56,317 nucleotides of DNA, taken from the IMG/VR virus record IMGVR_UViG_3300050138_000012, positions 1 to 56,317 of that record; one strand, given 5' to 3'. The position numbers and the translations under genes are program-made. Under the pieces are notes generated by a model. The model ran no database searches. It was not told where the DNA came from and saw only the letters and a program-made list of their open reading frames with translations. Position 1 is the first letter of the stretch. Every line of letters starts with the position of its first letter. Shown here in pieces: positions 7,038 to 16,711 of this stretch. The DNA comes from a virus. Lineage: Duplodnaviria > Caudoviricetes.

Positions 7038-9668
7038 ATGGCAAAATCTAAGAAATCCAAAAAGATTATGAAACCTGACCCTGAGGCTGAACAAGCCCAA
7101 GGCAGTCTTGACGACGCACAGGATCAGGGCTCGTCACTAGGTGATAAAGCTCAAGAAGGAGAGCCTAACGAAGATGGCTCCGTTACGGTCTCTTTCTCAG
7201 ACGCCGCAGATGAAGAACTAGAGGGTGGTCTTGGTGAGTACGATATCAAAGACGAGCACTATGGTAATCTAGTTAAGAAGATCACTGATGACCAGCAGCT
7301 GAAAGCCCTGGGTGCCTTGGTAATTACGAATACGAGTGCAGATGAAAATTCCAGATCTGATTGGATGCGGACTGTTAAGTTCGGACTTGATCTTATTGGT
7401 GTTAAAGTTGAAGAGAAGAACACCCCATTCCAAGGAGCCTGTTCTGCTCAACACCCCCTCCTCATGGAGAGTGCGGTTAAGTTCCAATCCAAAGCATCTA
7501 ATGAACTATTACCTGCTGCTGGACCTGTTAAAGTCTCTATCCTAGGCGATTGTACGCAGGATAAAGAACAACAGGCTAATCGTGTTAAAGCTCATATGAA
7601 CTACCAGATCGTCGAAGAGATGACGGAGTTCTATACCGATTCAGAAAGGATGCTGCTTTATGTTCCCCTCGTCGGTTCGGGGTTTAAAAAGACCTATTAT
7701 AACTCTCATCTGGAACGACCCTGCTCGGAATTCGTACCGGCAGATCAGTTCATTGTACCCAATTCCGCTTCTGACCTTCAGCGGGCAGATCGTTACACTC
7801 ATATCCTCTACAAAACCGACTACGAACTCGAAGCTGACTACGCCGCAGGTCTATACACGAAGCCAGAAGATGGCCTTGGTATACCGTCTTCTCCAAAACT
7901 AACTGATGTAGCGAAGAAAGTAAATGAGCTCATCGGTATTACCATTGGCATAGGGGATAGAGATAAGGTCTACACCCTGTATGAACACCACATCATGCTT
8001 CATATCGAGGGCCTGGATGGACAAGAAGGAAAAGACAAGACGAAATATAAACTTGCTTCGCCGTATATTCTCACAGTTGATGCGGCATCAGGAAAGCTTA
8101 TTGGCCTCAGACGCAATTGGAAGAAAGAAGATAAGAAGCGCAAGAAGAAAGTTCAATTCACGCATTACTGCTTTGTTCCGTCTTTTAACTTTTATGGTTT
8201 TGGTTTTCTTCACCTCTTGGGTAATCTGCAATTGTCGCTCACTGCATCACTTAGATCATTGGTGGACGCTGGGCAATTCGCCACGCTACAAGGCGGTTTC
8301 AAGCTTAAAGGGGTGAGAATTGTTGATGATGGCTCACCCATTCATCCTGGTCAGTTTAAAGAGATCGAGAGCTCTGTGCAGGACATCAATAAGGCAATTA
8401 TGAACCTGCCGTTCAAGGAGCCTTCGAATGTATTGTTCCAAATGCTGGAATTCCTTGATCAGAAAGGTCAGCAGTTTGCAGACCAGACGGATGCAGTTGT
8501 TTCAGACTCCACAAACTACGGACCAGTTGGCACTACTATGGCTCTGCTCGAAGCATCAGCCAAGTTCTTCTCCGCTATCCACAAGAGACTTCACCAGTCC
8601 CTGAAGAATGAGCTAAAGATGATTGCTGATATCAACGCAGAAACCCTGCCTGATAATCTGGAGTATAACATCGAGAACGCTACGATGAAGATCACCAGAG
8701 AAGACTATTCTGGCTCTTGCTCTGTTGTGCCTGTCTCTGATCCGAATATCCCATCCAGTGCACATCGTATGGCTAAGGCACAAGCTTTGCTCACCATGGC
8801 CCAGCAAGCACCTCCTGGTCTTTACGACATGCGGGAGATCAATCGTCACGTCCTCATTAATATGGATTATGAAAACATTGACAAACTCATGCCATTGCCT
8901 ACTCAGACACAGCCACAAGACCCTCTTACTGACCTGCAGTCTGTCGTGGCAGGCAAGCCTATCAAAGCGTTCCCAGGACAAGATCACAAGGCACACATCG
9001 CTATTAAACAGGCTTTCATGCAAGACCCTATGTCTGGTCAGAACCCGATGATGCAGAAGGCTTCGGTTCAAATCCAAGCCAATATACAAGAACATATGAT
9101 GGCTCAGTTTATCGAGCAGATCCAAGCAACCGTGCAAGCAGGACAACAACAAGATGGCGGTCAAACGCAAGCTAACGCAGCATCAGCCCCTGCAATGGGT
9201 AATCAAAATCAAGAACAGCCCGCTGCAGCTCCCGATCCCATGGTACAAGCGGCTCAGCAAGTGGCTCAGATCAATCAACAGATCTTGAAGAACCAAGCTA
9301 CACCTCCTCCGCAACCTAAGGATCAAGCAGCTCTTATGCTGGCCCAAGCAGAGCAACAAGATACCCAGACTAAGGCCAAGGCTCAGGACTTCAATCAGGT
9401 TCACAAGACAGCTGAACTTGAACTTAAGAAGGAAGCTCTTCAGATCCAAAAGGCTCAGGTTGTTTCTCAGCATGTGCTGGCAGATAAGAAACAAAAGGGT
9501 GATATCGACAAGATCGTTACCACTAAGGGTCTTGACAGCATGATACAAGCAATGTCTCAAGGGCACCAGGCAGATACCCAGCATTCACTGCAGCATCAAA
9601 AGACCCTAGGAGCAATTGCTACTATGCCGCCTCCTCCTGTTCCAAAGCCTACTAAAGAAACACCTTGA
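7038..9668 (+). CDS. Portal protein with Gln-rich C-terminal extension
   Basis: Follows terL; HPLLMESAVKFQ, GSGFKKTYY, FYGFGFLHLLG, PVGTTMALLE, PVSDPNI motifs typical of P22-like podophage portals. Confidence 0.9.
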   Translation: MAKSKKSKKIMKPDPEAEQAQGSLDDAQDQGSSLGDKAQEGEPNEDGSVTVSFSDAADEELEGGLGEYDIKDEHYGNLVKKITDDQQLKALGALVITNTSADENSRSDWMRTVKFGLDLIGVKVEEKNTPFQGACSAQHPLLMESAVKFQSKASNELLPAAGPVKVSILGDCTQDKEQQANRVKAHMNYQIVEEMTEFYTDSERMLLYVPLVGSGFKKTYYNSHLERPCSEFVPADQFIVPNSASDLQRADRYTHILYKTDYELEADYAAGLYTKPEDGLGIPSSPKLTDVAKKVNELIGITIGIGDRDKVYTLYEHHIMLHIEGLDGQEGKDKTKYKLASPYILTVDAASGKLIGLRRNWKKEDKKRKKKVQFTHYCFVPSFNFYGFGFLHLLGNLQLSLTASLRSLVDAGQFATLQGGFKLKGVRIVDDGSPIHPGQFKEIESSVQDINKAIMNLPFKEPSNVLFQMLEFLDQKGQQFADQTDAVVSDSTNYGPVGTTMALLEASAKFFSAIHKRLHQSLKNELKMIADINAETLPDNLEYNIENATMKITREDYSGSCSVVPVSDPNIPSSAHRMAKAQALLTMAQQAPPGLYDMREINRHVLINMDYENIDKLMPLPTQTQPQDPLTDLQSVVAGKPIKAFPGQDHKAHIAIKQAFMQDPMSGQNPMMQKASVQIQANIQEHMMAQFIEQIQATVQAGQQQDGGQTQANAASAPAMGNQNQEQPAAAPDPMVQAAQQVAQINQQILKNQATPPPQPKDQAALMLAQAEQQDTQTKAKAQDFNQVHKTAELELKKEALQIQKAQVVSQHVLADKKQKGDIDKIVTTKGLDSMIQAMSQGHQADTQHSLQHQKTLGAIATMPPPPVPKPTKETP

Positions 9669-9693
9669 CTATAAAAACTAGTTATGGTATAAT
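9665..9693 (+). promoter_or_regulatory. sigma70-type promoter for head operon
   Basis: TTGACT-17-TATAAT. Confidence 0.8.
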
Positions 9694-9719
9694 AGGGATA
9701 AAGCGTCGGAGTATTTAAA

Positions 9720-9926
9720 ATTTCATTCCCTCTAGAATACAGTTTCGTTCAAGATTATCTTAAACGTATCCGAGAAAAGAAACAATTTCATACTGATGCT
9801 GTTCTCAACTCTACGTTGGAGCAAATGGACTATGCCGAAAGGCGTGGTTACATTCAGGCATTGATTGAAGCTGAAATTATTATTCTAGATTTACAGAAAC
9901 ATTACTTCCCAGAATATAGGACTTAA
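9720..9926 (+). CDS. Small head-module protein, probable ATT start (absent from ORF track)
   Basis: GGAG-8 nt-ATT; 68 codons (I/M)SFPLEYSFVQDYLKRIREKKQFH...RGYIQALIEAE...; fills the portal-GroES gap. Confidence 0.6.
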   Translation: MSFPLEYSFVQDYLKRIREKKQFHTDAVLNSTLEQMDYAERRGYIQALIEAEIIILDLQKHYFPEYRT

Positions 9927-9928
9927 AA

Positions 9929-10456
9929 ATGGCTGATTCTACTCTTACTCCCTCTACCATGGTTAAAACTACAGGATTTGATAATACCTATGAAGCAAAG
10001 AATAAGCTCAGTTCTAATGGGTGGATTACAGATCCTCGTGTATCTGATCCGGAGCATCTGCCTGAGCCTCTTGGCTGGCATATACTTATTAGGCCTTATC
10101 CTGTTGTAACGAGTGCTAAGACCACTCTTATCATCCCTGGTTCAGAAGTAGACTTCCTCAACTACATCACCAACATTGGACGTGTGGTCTCAATTGGACC
10201 AGCTTGCTGGAACCGTTCAGAGCATAAGTTCGATGGGCATCGACACCCGTGGGTTAAGGTAGGGGATTTTGTATCATTCCCTAAGAATGTGGGTGCAAAA
10301 CGTAAGTTTAAGGGTGTTTCATTCGTGATCCTGCAAGATGACGAGATTGTAGAACGCCTTTCTGATCCTCAAGTATTTAATGATTCATTCTACCAGCTGG
10401 ATGTCCCTGAAGAGCACATGCTGAAATACAATACATATAAAAAGGAAACTGAATAA
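9929..10456 (+). CDS. GroES-like co-chaperonin
   Basis: PLGWHILIRP, GRVVSIGP, WVKVGDFV.F, ILQDDEI match the Cpn10 pattern. Confidence 0.85.
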   Translation: MADSTLTPSTMVKTTGFDNTYEAKNKLSSNGWITDPRVSDPEHLPEPLGWHILIRPYPVVTSAKTTLIIPGSEVDFLNYITNIGRVVSIGPACWNRSEHKFDGHRHPWVKVGDFVSFPKNVGAKRKFKGVSFVILQDDEIVERLSDPQVFNDSFYQLDVPEEHMLKYNTYKKETE

Positions 10457-11499
10457 TGGAAACAGGCTATAAACCAATCAATACCACTCAACCTACCCTT
10501 CAAGAGCTTGTAGATGCAGGCTCTAAGGTTGTAGATGTCGAATTGGAAGAAGATGTCAATGGCAAGGTCACAGAGCCAGAACCCGTTCCAGAGCTAGAGT
10601 TGACCCCTGCCCCTGTAGTCGAAGATAAAGAGATTAAGCGTAAGTCTCGTGCTCGGGAGCGTATCAAGGAGGTTCTTGCCGAAAGAGACGACTTTGCGGC
10701 TCAATTTGCTGCTGAGCGTAGGGAAAAAGAAGAACTTAAGAAGCAACTCCTCTATGGCAATACCCAGACTAAGGAATCCTTTAAACTGGCACTTGAGGAT
10801 CAGATCAAGTCTCTTACCCAGCAAATGTCAGCTGCCATGCGGGATGGCCAGTCAGATCTGGTTGTAGCTTTGCAGGATCAGCTTATCAATGCGAAAATGG
10901 AGTTGAAGCCCCTTACTACTGAACTTCTTGCGAATCGGCAAGAGATTCAAAAGACCGAATCGGCTCCTAAAACACAAGCACAAGCTCCGAATCAGATTCC
11001 TGAGAAAGCTCTTGAATGGATCTCCGATCATCCTGAGTTCCGCACTGATGAAGTATTCAATGCAGCAGCAATTGCTACGAATAATCAACTACTTAGAGAA
11101 GGCTTTGACCCTAAGACTGATGAGTTTTATGAAGAAATTGACACACGTCTTTCTAAGCGCTTTCCAGAATTGTTTGGTGTAGCGTCTCAGAATAGTGTAC
11201 AATTAAGTAATAAAACTATTTCGTCTGACGGAAAACAACCGGACGTTAAAGATCAAGTTGTGGACGTGGCTCCAGCCGCGAGTACTAAGGTAAGAACTGT
11301 AGAACAAGTTGTGTCCGGTTCCTCACGCCCCTCAGCGAATACTATTTCCAAGAGCAGAACTACTCAAGTAACTCTATCCGCGCAGGATGTTAAGCAAGCA
11401 GAAGCGTGGGGTTGGTCGCTAGAACGCATGGCTCGAAGAATAGCTCACCAAGAGGCTAATAGATCAGAAAATGGGTATGTTCCCATTCACATGTCTTAA
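10456..11499 (+). CDS. Putative capsid scaffolding protein
   Basis: Acidic N-terminus, coiled coil, position upstream of capsid genes. Confidence 0.65.
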   Translation: METGYKPINTTQPTLQELVDAGSKVVDVELEEDVNGKVTEPEPVPELELTPAPVVEDKEIKRKSRARERIKEVLAERDDFAAQFAAERREKEELKKQLLYGNTQTKESFKLALEDQIKSLTQQMSAAMRDGQSDLVVALQDQLINAKMELKPLTTELLANRQEIQKTESAPKTQAQAPNQIPEKALEWISDHPEFRTDEVFNAAAIATNNQLLREGFDPKTDEFYEEIDTRLSKRFPELFGVASQNSVQLSNKTISSDGKQPDVKDQVVDVAPAASTKVRTVEQVVSGSSRPSANTISKSRTTQVTLSAQDVKQAEAWGWSLERMARRIAHQEANRSENGYVPIHMS

Positions 11500-11517
11500 T
11501 AGAAGGAATAGAACAAC

Positions 11518-12027
11518 ATGGCTAAAACACCTAAAACTACAGATTCGGATAAGATTGATGAAGTCGTTGAACAAGGCGCATCAAAAGCTCGCAAACCCCG
11601 TAAAAAGGTCTATGAGCGCATTCAAGAGACAGAACTCCCTGAATCCTTGATTGAACTGTTCAAAAAAGACAACTATGAGCTTCGTTTGAAGCGCTGGTCT
11701 GTGTTTGGAGACGAAGACTACCGCTATCTCACCCAGTGTGAACAAGAAGGCTATGAGTTTGTAAAAGCAGATGAATTGCCTGAATCGTTCCTTACCGCTG
11801 TGCGTATTATGGATACAAGAGGTAGAAAAGGACTTGTTATTATGGGCGATCTTTGCTTGATGAAGATTGACTGTGATCTTAACAAATCCAGGATACAACA
11901 TTTTCAGGATCTTTCTGACGCTCAGGTTGAGGCAGTTAGTGTCCACGTACTTACTAAGAAACATGGATTTAAAGATCTTGGTACTAAATCCAAAGTGTTA
12001 ATGAAAGAGCCTACGTTCCAAGAGTAG
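11518..12027 (+). CDS. Hypothetical head-module protein
   Basis: AAGGA RBS; EGYEFV and GDLCLMKI motifs; between scaffold and capsid genes. Confidence 0.7.
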   Translation: MAKTPKTTDSDKIDEVVEQGASKARKPRKKVYERIQETELPESLIELFKKDNYELRLKRWSVFGDEDYRYLTQCEQEGYEFVKADELPESFLTAVRIMDTRGRKGLVIMGDLCLMKIDCDLNKSRIQHFQDLSDAQVEAVSVHVLTKKHGFKDLGTKSKVLMKEPTFQE

Positions 12028-12054
12028 GCATAAATGAAGTAGGAGATATATAAT

Positions 12055-12909
12055 ATGGCTACTGCACCTCGCCTTGGTCTAAACCCTTGCAAATCTGTGG
12101 GCTCAGGCAGCTTTAATGCTGGTCTGACAGAGTACACGATTGCCAATGGCTACAGCACCGCTCTCGGAGTCGGTGATCTTGTTACGCTGTCGTCCGGTAC
12201 GGTTGTACAAGGCGTAAACAACGCAGCTAACCTTGGTGTATTCCAAGGTGTGACGTATGTTGACAGCACTGGTCGTGAACAGATCCAGAAGTACTGGCCT
12301 GCTTCCACGACTTCACTGGTAACTCCTGTCACGGCCCTTATTATGGATTCTCCTGACACAACTTACACTGTTGTAGCAACTTCTCCTTTGACCCTTGCTA
12401 TTCCTGGCGCATGGTACGCTCTTAATCTGAACGCACCTAACTCCAGCACTGGTCGTTCTACGATGACGCTTAACAACACGCCTACCAGCACTGGTACGCT
12501 GGATATGCACAATCAAACGAACATGGCATCGATCACAGCCAACGGCGCTATCTTTACTGTGAAAAGCTCTATTGCCAACGTTCTTACGACTGTGACTATT
12601 ATCACCAACATGACGTCAGCTCAGCTTCTTGCTGCCATTAACGTAGCTGGTAATGGCCTGACTGCATCATACGCTGCAACGACTGGTTTCCTGGTCGTAT
12701 CAACGACTGATGGTGGTAACTTGGTTATTGCTGATAGCACCGATACTCCTGTTGCTAGTTATGGTGTTCTTGCTGCTACTGGTACGGTCAACTCAATCGT
12801 TGCCGACAGTGCTGGCGCAGTAGAAATCGTTAAGGTTATCGACACTGTAAACAATGTGGCTGAAGTCAGATTGACGAATGCTTACTTCCGCGCAAATCTT
12901 AGCGTTTAA
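12055..12909 (+). CDS. Putative capsid decoration/cement protein
   Basis: AGGAG RBS, beta-rich, GDLV...LGVFQGVTYVD motif, immediately before the major capsid gene. Confidence 0.6.
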   Translation: MATAPRLGLNPCKSVGSGSFNAGLTEYTIANGYSTALGVGDLVTLSSGTVVQGVNNAANLGVFQGVTYVDSTGREQIQKYWPASTTSLVTPVTALIMDSPDTTYTVVATSPLTLAIPGAWYALNLNAPNSSTGRSTMTLNNTPTSTGTLDMHNQTNMASITANGAIFTVKSSIANVLTTVTIITNMTSAQLLAAINVAGNGLTASYAATTGFLVVSTTDGGNLVIADSTDTPVASYGVLAATGTVNSIVADSAGAVEIVKVIDTVNNVAEVRLTNAYFRANLSV

Positions 12910-12937
12910 CTAGTAGTATAGAAAAGGATAAAGTAAT

Positions 12938-13879
12938 ATGACTGTAGTTCGTGGGCAAATCCCTAAATCACTAGTACCTGGCGTACACGAGTTCGTCGGT
13001 ATGGCTTATGGGGCCACTCCAGAAGAGCACGCTCCTCTCTTTGAAGTTCAGAAGTCTATCCGTGCATGGGAAGAAGAAGTCATGCTCTCTGGTATGGGCG
13101 GTGCTCCTACCAAGACTGAAGGCCAAGCTGTTACGTTCGATGACATCCAAGAAACCTACACGGCTCGCTATGTCATGCAGACGGTTGCTATCGGCTTCGC
13201 AGTCACTAAAGAAGCATTCGATGATGATCTCTACTCGAACATTGCTAAAGCAAAGGCTCAAGAACTGGGCCGCTCAATGGCTGACACGAAGCAGGTTCTT
13301 GCTGCTGCTGTCTTCAACAACGGCTTTAGCTCTGGTACAACTTACGGCGATGGTGTTTCTCTCTTTAGCACTGCTCACCCGACCAGTTCAGGCGTAAACT
13401 TCAATAACACCACGACTGCCGATCTTTCTGAAACGGCTCTTGAGAATAACGTCATTACGATTTCGCTTTTCAAGAATGACCGTGGTATTCTGATCTCTGC
13501 TATGCCGGAATCTCTCCACATTCCTCCGCAATTGGTGTTCCTTGCAGATAAGCTGACGAAGGCTGAATTCTCCTCGACCCAAACTGCGTTGGTCCCTAAC
13601 CGCGCAAACACTGAGAACCAAGGCTCGATCCTGTACCAACCGAATATCGTTGGTGGTCGTTTTGCCAAGGGCATCCATATGAACCGTCGTTTCACGAGCC
13701 CGACTGCTTGGTTCATGAAGACCTCCGTTCCGAATGGTACGAAGATGTTTGTTCGCGAAGCTCTTAGTGGTTCTGAAGATATCGACTTCGTCACGGACAA
13801 CATGCTCTTCAAGTTCCGTGAGCGTTACGTGTTTGGTTCGACCGATCCTCGTGGTTGGCTGGGTAACAACGGCGCTTAA
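12938..13879 (+). CDS. Major capsid protein
   Basis: RGQIPKSLVPG, KTEGQAVTFD, GDGVSLFSTAHP, FRERYVFG..DPRG; biased codon usage; followed by terminator. Confidence 0.9.
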   Translation: MTVVRGQIPKSLVPGVHEFVGMAYGATPEEHAPLFEVQKSIRAWEEEVMLSGMGGAPTKTEGQAVTFDDIQETYTARYVMQTVAIGFAVTKEAFDDDLYSNIAKAKAQELGRSMADTKQVLAAAVFNNGFSSGTTYGDGVSLFSTAHPTSSGVNFNNTTTADLSETALENNVITISLFKNDRGILISAMPESLHIPPQLVFLADKLTKAEFSSTQTALVPNRANTENQGSILYQPNIVGGRFAKGIHMNRRFTSPTAWFMKTSVPNGTKMFVREALSGSEDIDFVTDNMLFKFRERYVFGSTDPRGWLGNNGA

Positions 13880-13902
13880 TAGAAACTGATTAAAATGATT
13901 TA

Positions 13903-13942
13903 AGGGGTATGGGAGTAAAATACCTGTACCCCTTTTCTCTTT
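13903..13942 (+). terminator. Rho-independent terminator after capsid gene
   Basis: AGGGGTATGGG...CCTGTACCCCT then TTTCTCTTT. Confidence 0.75.
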
Positions 13943-13953
13943 AGGGTATATAA

Positions 13954-14283
13954 ATGACATCGGCAAAAAGATATGTCCAACTCTATAATGCAACTGCTGC
14001 TGGTACTAGCCCTTGGTATAGGTTGGATTCTCGCTACGAGAAGATTTCTGTAAGACCTATCCATTTTGCTATTACATCAGGTGATACCTTTACCTTGCAA
14101 GCAATTGTAAAGGATGTAAAGGGTATCGATGAAACATACCTTAATAGCCTGCTTTCCACAGACATTGCCACCATCGGTACATTCACTACAACCAGCGATG
14201 AGCTTTTGGAAGGCAACTATACTTGGGTTAGAGTTATTAAGACTGGAACTGCTGGTTTGGGAGTAGTAGAAGGGTTTATCTAA
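13954..14283 (+). CDS. Hypothetical virion protein
   Basis: ORF in structural operon. Confidence 0.7.
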   Translation: MTSAKRYVQLYNATAAGTSPWYRLDSRYEKISVRPIHFAITSGDTFTLQAIVKDVKGIDETYLNSLLSTDIATIGTFTTTSDELLEGNYTWVRVIKTGTAGLGVVEGFI

Positions 14284-14286
14284 TAA

Positions 14287-14556
14287 ATGGCAAACTCTTC
14301 TGCTATACTCTTAAGTCCTTTGCAACTGCCTTTATGGGGTGCTTTACAGCCCCCGAGAGTAAGTCAAAGTCAAGGTGTTTCCTATAACGAGCAATCTGGA
14401 GGTGCTTTTAGCAACGCTTTCAGTTTCGCATTTGATGTAGTTAATAGTTACGAATTTAGTTCTGCTTTCAGTTCTGCTTTCGCCATTACAACTTTTGCTA
14501 AACAACAAAGTTTCAGTTACGCATTTAGCACCGCATTTGACACATTAGAAGGATAA
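14287..14556 (+). CDS. Small protein with three FSxAFSxAF repeats
   Basis: FSNAFSFAFD, FSSAFSSAFA, FSYAFSTAFD. Confidence 0.65.
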   Translation: MANSSAILLSPLQLPLWGALQPPRVSQSQGVSYNEQSGGAFSNAFSFAFDVVNSYEFSSAFSSAFAITTFAKQQSFSYAFSTAFDTLEG

Positions 14557-14563
14557 AAAGACT

Positions 14564-15610
14564 ATGACACAAAAGACAAGAGCAGCGATCACCTCAGAAA
14601 TTGCTTCCCTACTCGCTGATAACGGTACTGGTGCAATTACAGCTGCCGACCTTCGTACAGTTGTTCAAGATATCAATGACTCTGCAGATATGACTCTGAC
14701 TGACACCACTCTTATTGTTGGTCTAGTTGCAGGCTCAGGTGCTGGCTCAGTTACAATCTATCCGGCAACGACAGCCAATGGTTATCTGGCTCTTACCCCC
14801 ATTAATAACACGGGTAACTTCATTAGCACGATTTCCAATTCTAACATTGGTCAGTCAACCACCTATAGCCTTCCTGATCCTGGTGCTGCTACAACTACCA
14901 TTATGTGTCTTGCTGGTGCGCAAACTGTTACTGGTCAAAAAACCTTTGTTGCTCCTGTTCTTGGTGCAGCTACAGCTACGACGCTTGGTACAGGTACTGT
15001 AACCCTCACGAATGCTGCTGCTCTGCAATCGGATGGCACTACAGGCCATACAGCAACTATTAGCGGCTTCCAAACGACTGGCTCAGCCTATGTTGCTCTT
15101 GCTACAATTACCAATGGCTCTACAGCTAATCTTAACCTACAAGCAGGCACTAACGGCACTGTGTCTATGCTTGATGTTATCAATAAGAACGTTGTAACAT
15201 GTGGTACGCTCAATACACATACAAGCTCCACAGCTCTTAGCACTGTTATCGGTCTCTCCATCGCCTTGAGTGTTGGTACTTATCATATCTCTGGTCGTTT
15301 GATTGGATCTGCAGCAGCTGCTGGTGGTTTGAATGCTCAGCTGATCGCTTCTGGCGGTCTTGTGCTTACTTCTGCTAATATCGTAGGTGAGAACTGGAAT
15401 GGCGTTACACCCAATGCCAGAACGACGATTACAGCTCTTGCTTCTGACTTCTCTAACACTGCTGCTGCCTATACTGACTGCTACTTAGATGGTTCTTTGA
15501 TCGTTTCTACTGCAGGTACAATCAATGTTCAAGCTACTCAGCATACTTCGAATGGCACGCCCACAACGGTTACTGTTGGTTCTTGGTTAGAAGCTATCAG
15601 AACAGCTTAA
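14564..15610 (+). CDS. Putative head/tail fibre protein
   Basis: Thr/Gly/Ala-rich; N-terminal ADNGTGAITAADLR, AQTVTGQKTF fibre motif. Confidence 0.65.
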   Translation: MTQKTRAAITSEIASLLADNGTGAITAADLRTVVQDINDSADMTLTDTTLIVGLVAGSGAGSVTIYPATTANGYLALTPINNTGNFISTISNSNIGQSTTYSLPDPGAATTTIMCLAGAQTVTGQKTFVAPVLGAATATTLGTGTVTLTNAAALQSDGTTGHTATISGFQTTGSAYVALATITNGSTANLNLQAGTNGTVSMLDVINKNVVTCGTLNTHTSSTALSTVIGLSIALSVGTYHISGRLIGSAAAAGGLNAQLIASGGLVLTSANIVGENWNGVTPNARTTITALASDFSNTAAAYTDCYLDGSLIVSTAGTINVQATQHTSNGTPTTVTVGSWLEAIRTA

Positions 15611-15662
15611 AACTACTTAGCGGGATTTAGTACTCCTATACCGCACAACCTAGGAGATTTCT

Positions 15663-16373
15663 ATGGCTACATTAACAACATCCGGCACAGACGTATTCCA
15701 ACTTAGTGTCGATGATATAATTGAGCAGTCCTTGCAGTCCTTAGGTGATGAATTTACCTCAGGTATTGAAGCGAGTAAAGCCAGACGCGTCTTAAATCTT
15801 CTGTTAATTGAGCTCCAAAACAAAAACATTCCATTATCTAAGATAGCCACTGTAAACCTCAATACAGTGGCCTCTACAACGACGCCTACTCCTACTTATA
15901 CTCTTGATCCATCTATTTTAGATGTATTGAATGTTACTGTATCCATTTCTCCTACCAGTGTTCAACCTCAGACTGATATAAAGATTGAGAAGATTGGTTT
16001 AAAGCAGTTTCAAGAGATCCCGAATAAGTCACAGACTAATCGACCTAATACCTGTGCCATAAATCGTTTGGATACTGGCTGTACTATTACGTTCTGGCCT
16101 GTGCCGGATCAAATCTACGCCTGCACACTTCTTTGCTCTGTAAAGATACAAGATGTAAATGCAGCCTATCAGACCATTGATCTTCCTACTAAATACCTTC
16201 CTTTGCTTATTGCTTGGCTCTCTTATAAGCTTTCCTTTACTAGAACTGTTCAAGATCCAAATCTTCGTCCGCAGTTGCAGGCAGAGTATAAAGAGATCTA
16301 TATGGATACAGTAGAAGAGGATAGGGAACGAGCTGACTTTAACATCACTATTGGAGGAGTATCAGGTCGCTAA
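15663..16373 (+). CDS. Putative head-tail adaptor protein
   Basis: TSGT..F, ARRVLNLL, IPNK....RP, FWPVPD, EEDRE motifs seen in podophage adaptor proteins. Confidence 0.65.
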   Translation: MATLTTSGTDVFQLSVDDIIEQSLQSLGDEFTSGIEASKARRVLNLLLIELQNKNIPLSKIATVNLNTVASTTTPTPTYTLDPSILDVLNVTVSISPTSVQPQTDIKIEKIGLKQFQEIPNKSQTNRPNTCAINRLDTGCTITFWPVPDQIYACTLLCSVKIQDVNAAYQTIDLPTKYLPLLIAWLSYKLSFTRTVQDPNLRPQLQAEYKEIYMDTVEEDRERADFNITIGGVSGR

Positions 16374-16711
16374 TGGCTTTTAAAGGCACACCAGATAAGA
16401 GGTATTCTAAGGCTTGGGCTATTTGCGATAGAACTGGGACTAGATTTCCCATGTCTGAGATGATCAAAGAACCTGGCACAGGATACCTTATTCACTATTC
16501 AGTTTCAGATGGTATGTGGAATATGGTCGATCATCCTCAGGCTAATCTGCAGAAGTGGGCACAACTTTCAGGAGATCCCTATCCAGTGCCTAATGCGCGT
16601 CCAGATATTAATTGGGCCGCTGACTACTCAATACAGTCTAGTGATAATACTGATCTAGTCGATATAAATGGAACTACAATTGATTTGGGCAAAGAGGACC
16701 CGTTAGTATAA
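16373..16711 (+). CDS. Hypothetical virion-associated protein
   Basis: AICDRTG.RF...HPQ...PNARPD pattern; coupled start/stop. Confidence 0.65.
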   Translation: MAFKGTPDKRYSKAWAICDRTGTRFPMSEMIKEPGTGYLIHYSVSDGMWNMVDHPQANLQKWAQLSGDPYPVPNARPDINWAADYSIQSSDNTDLVDINGTTIDLGKEDPLV

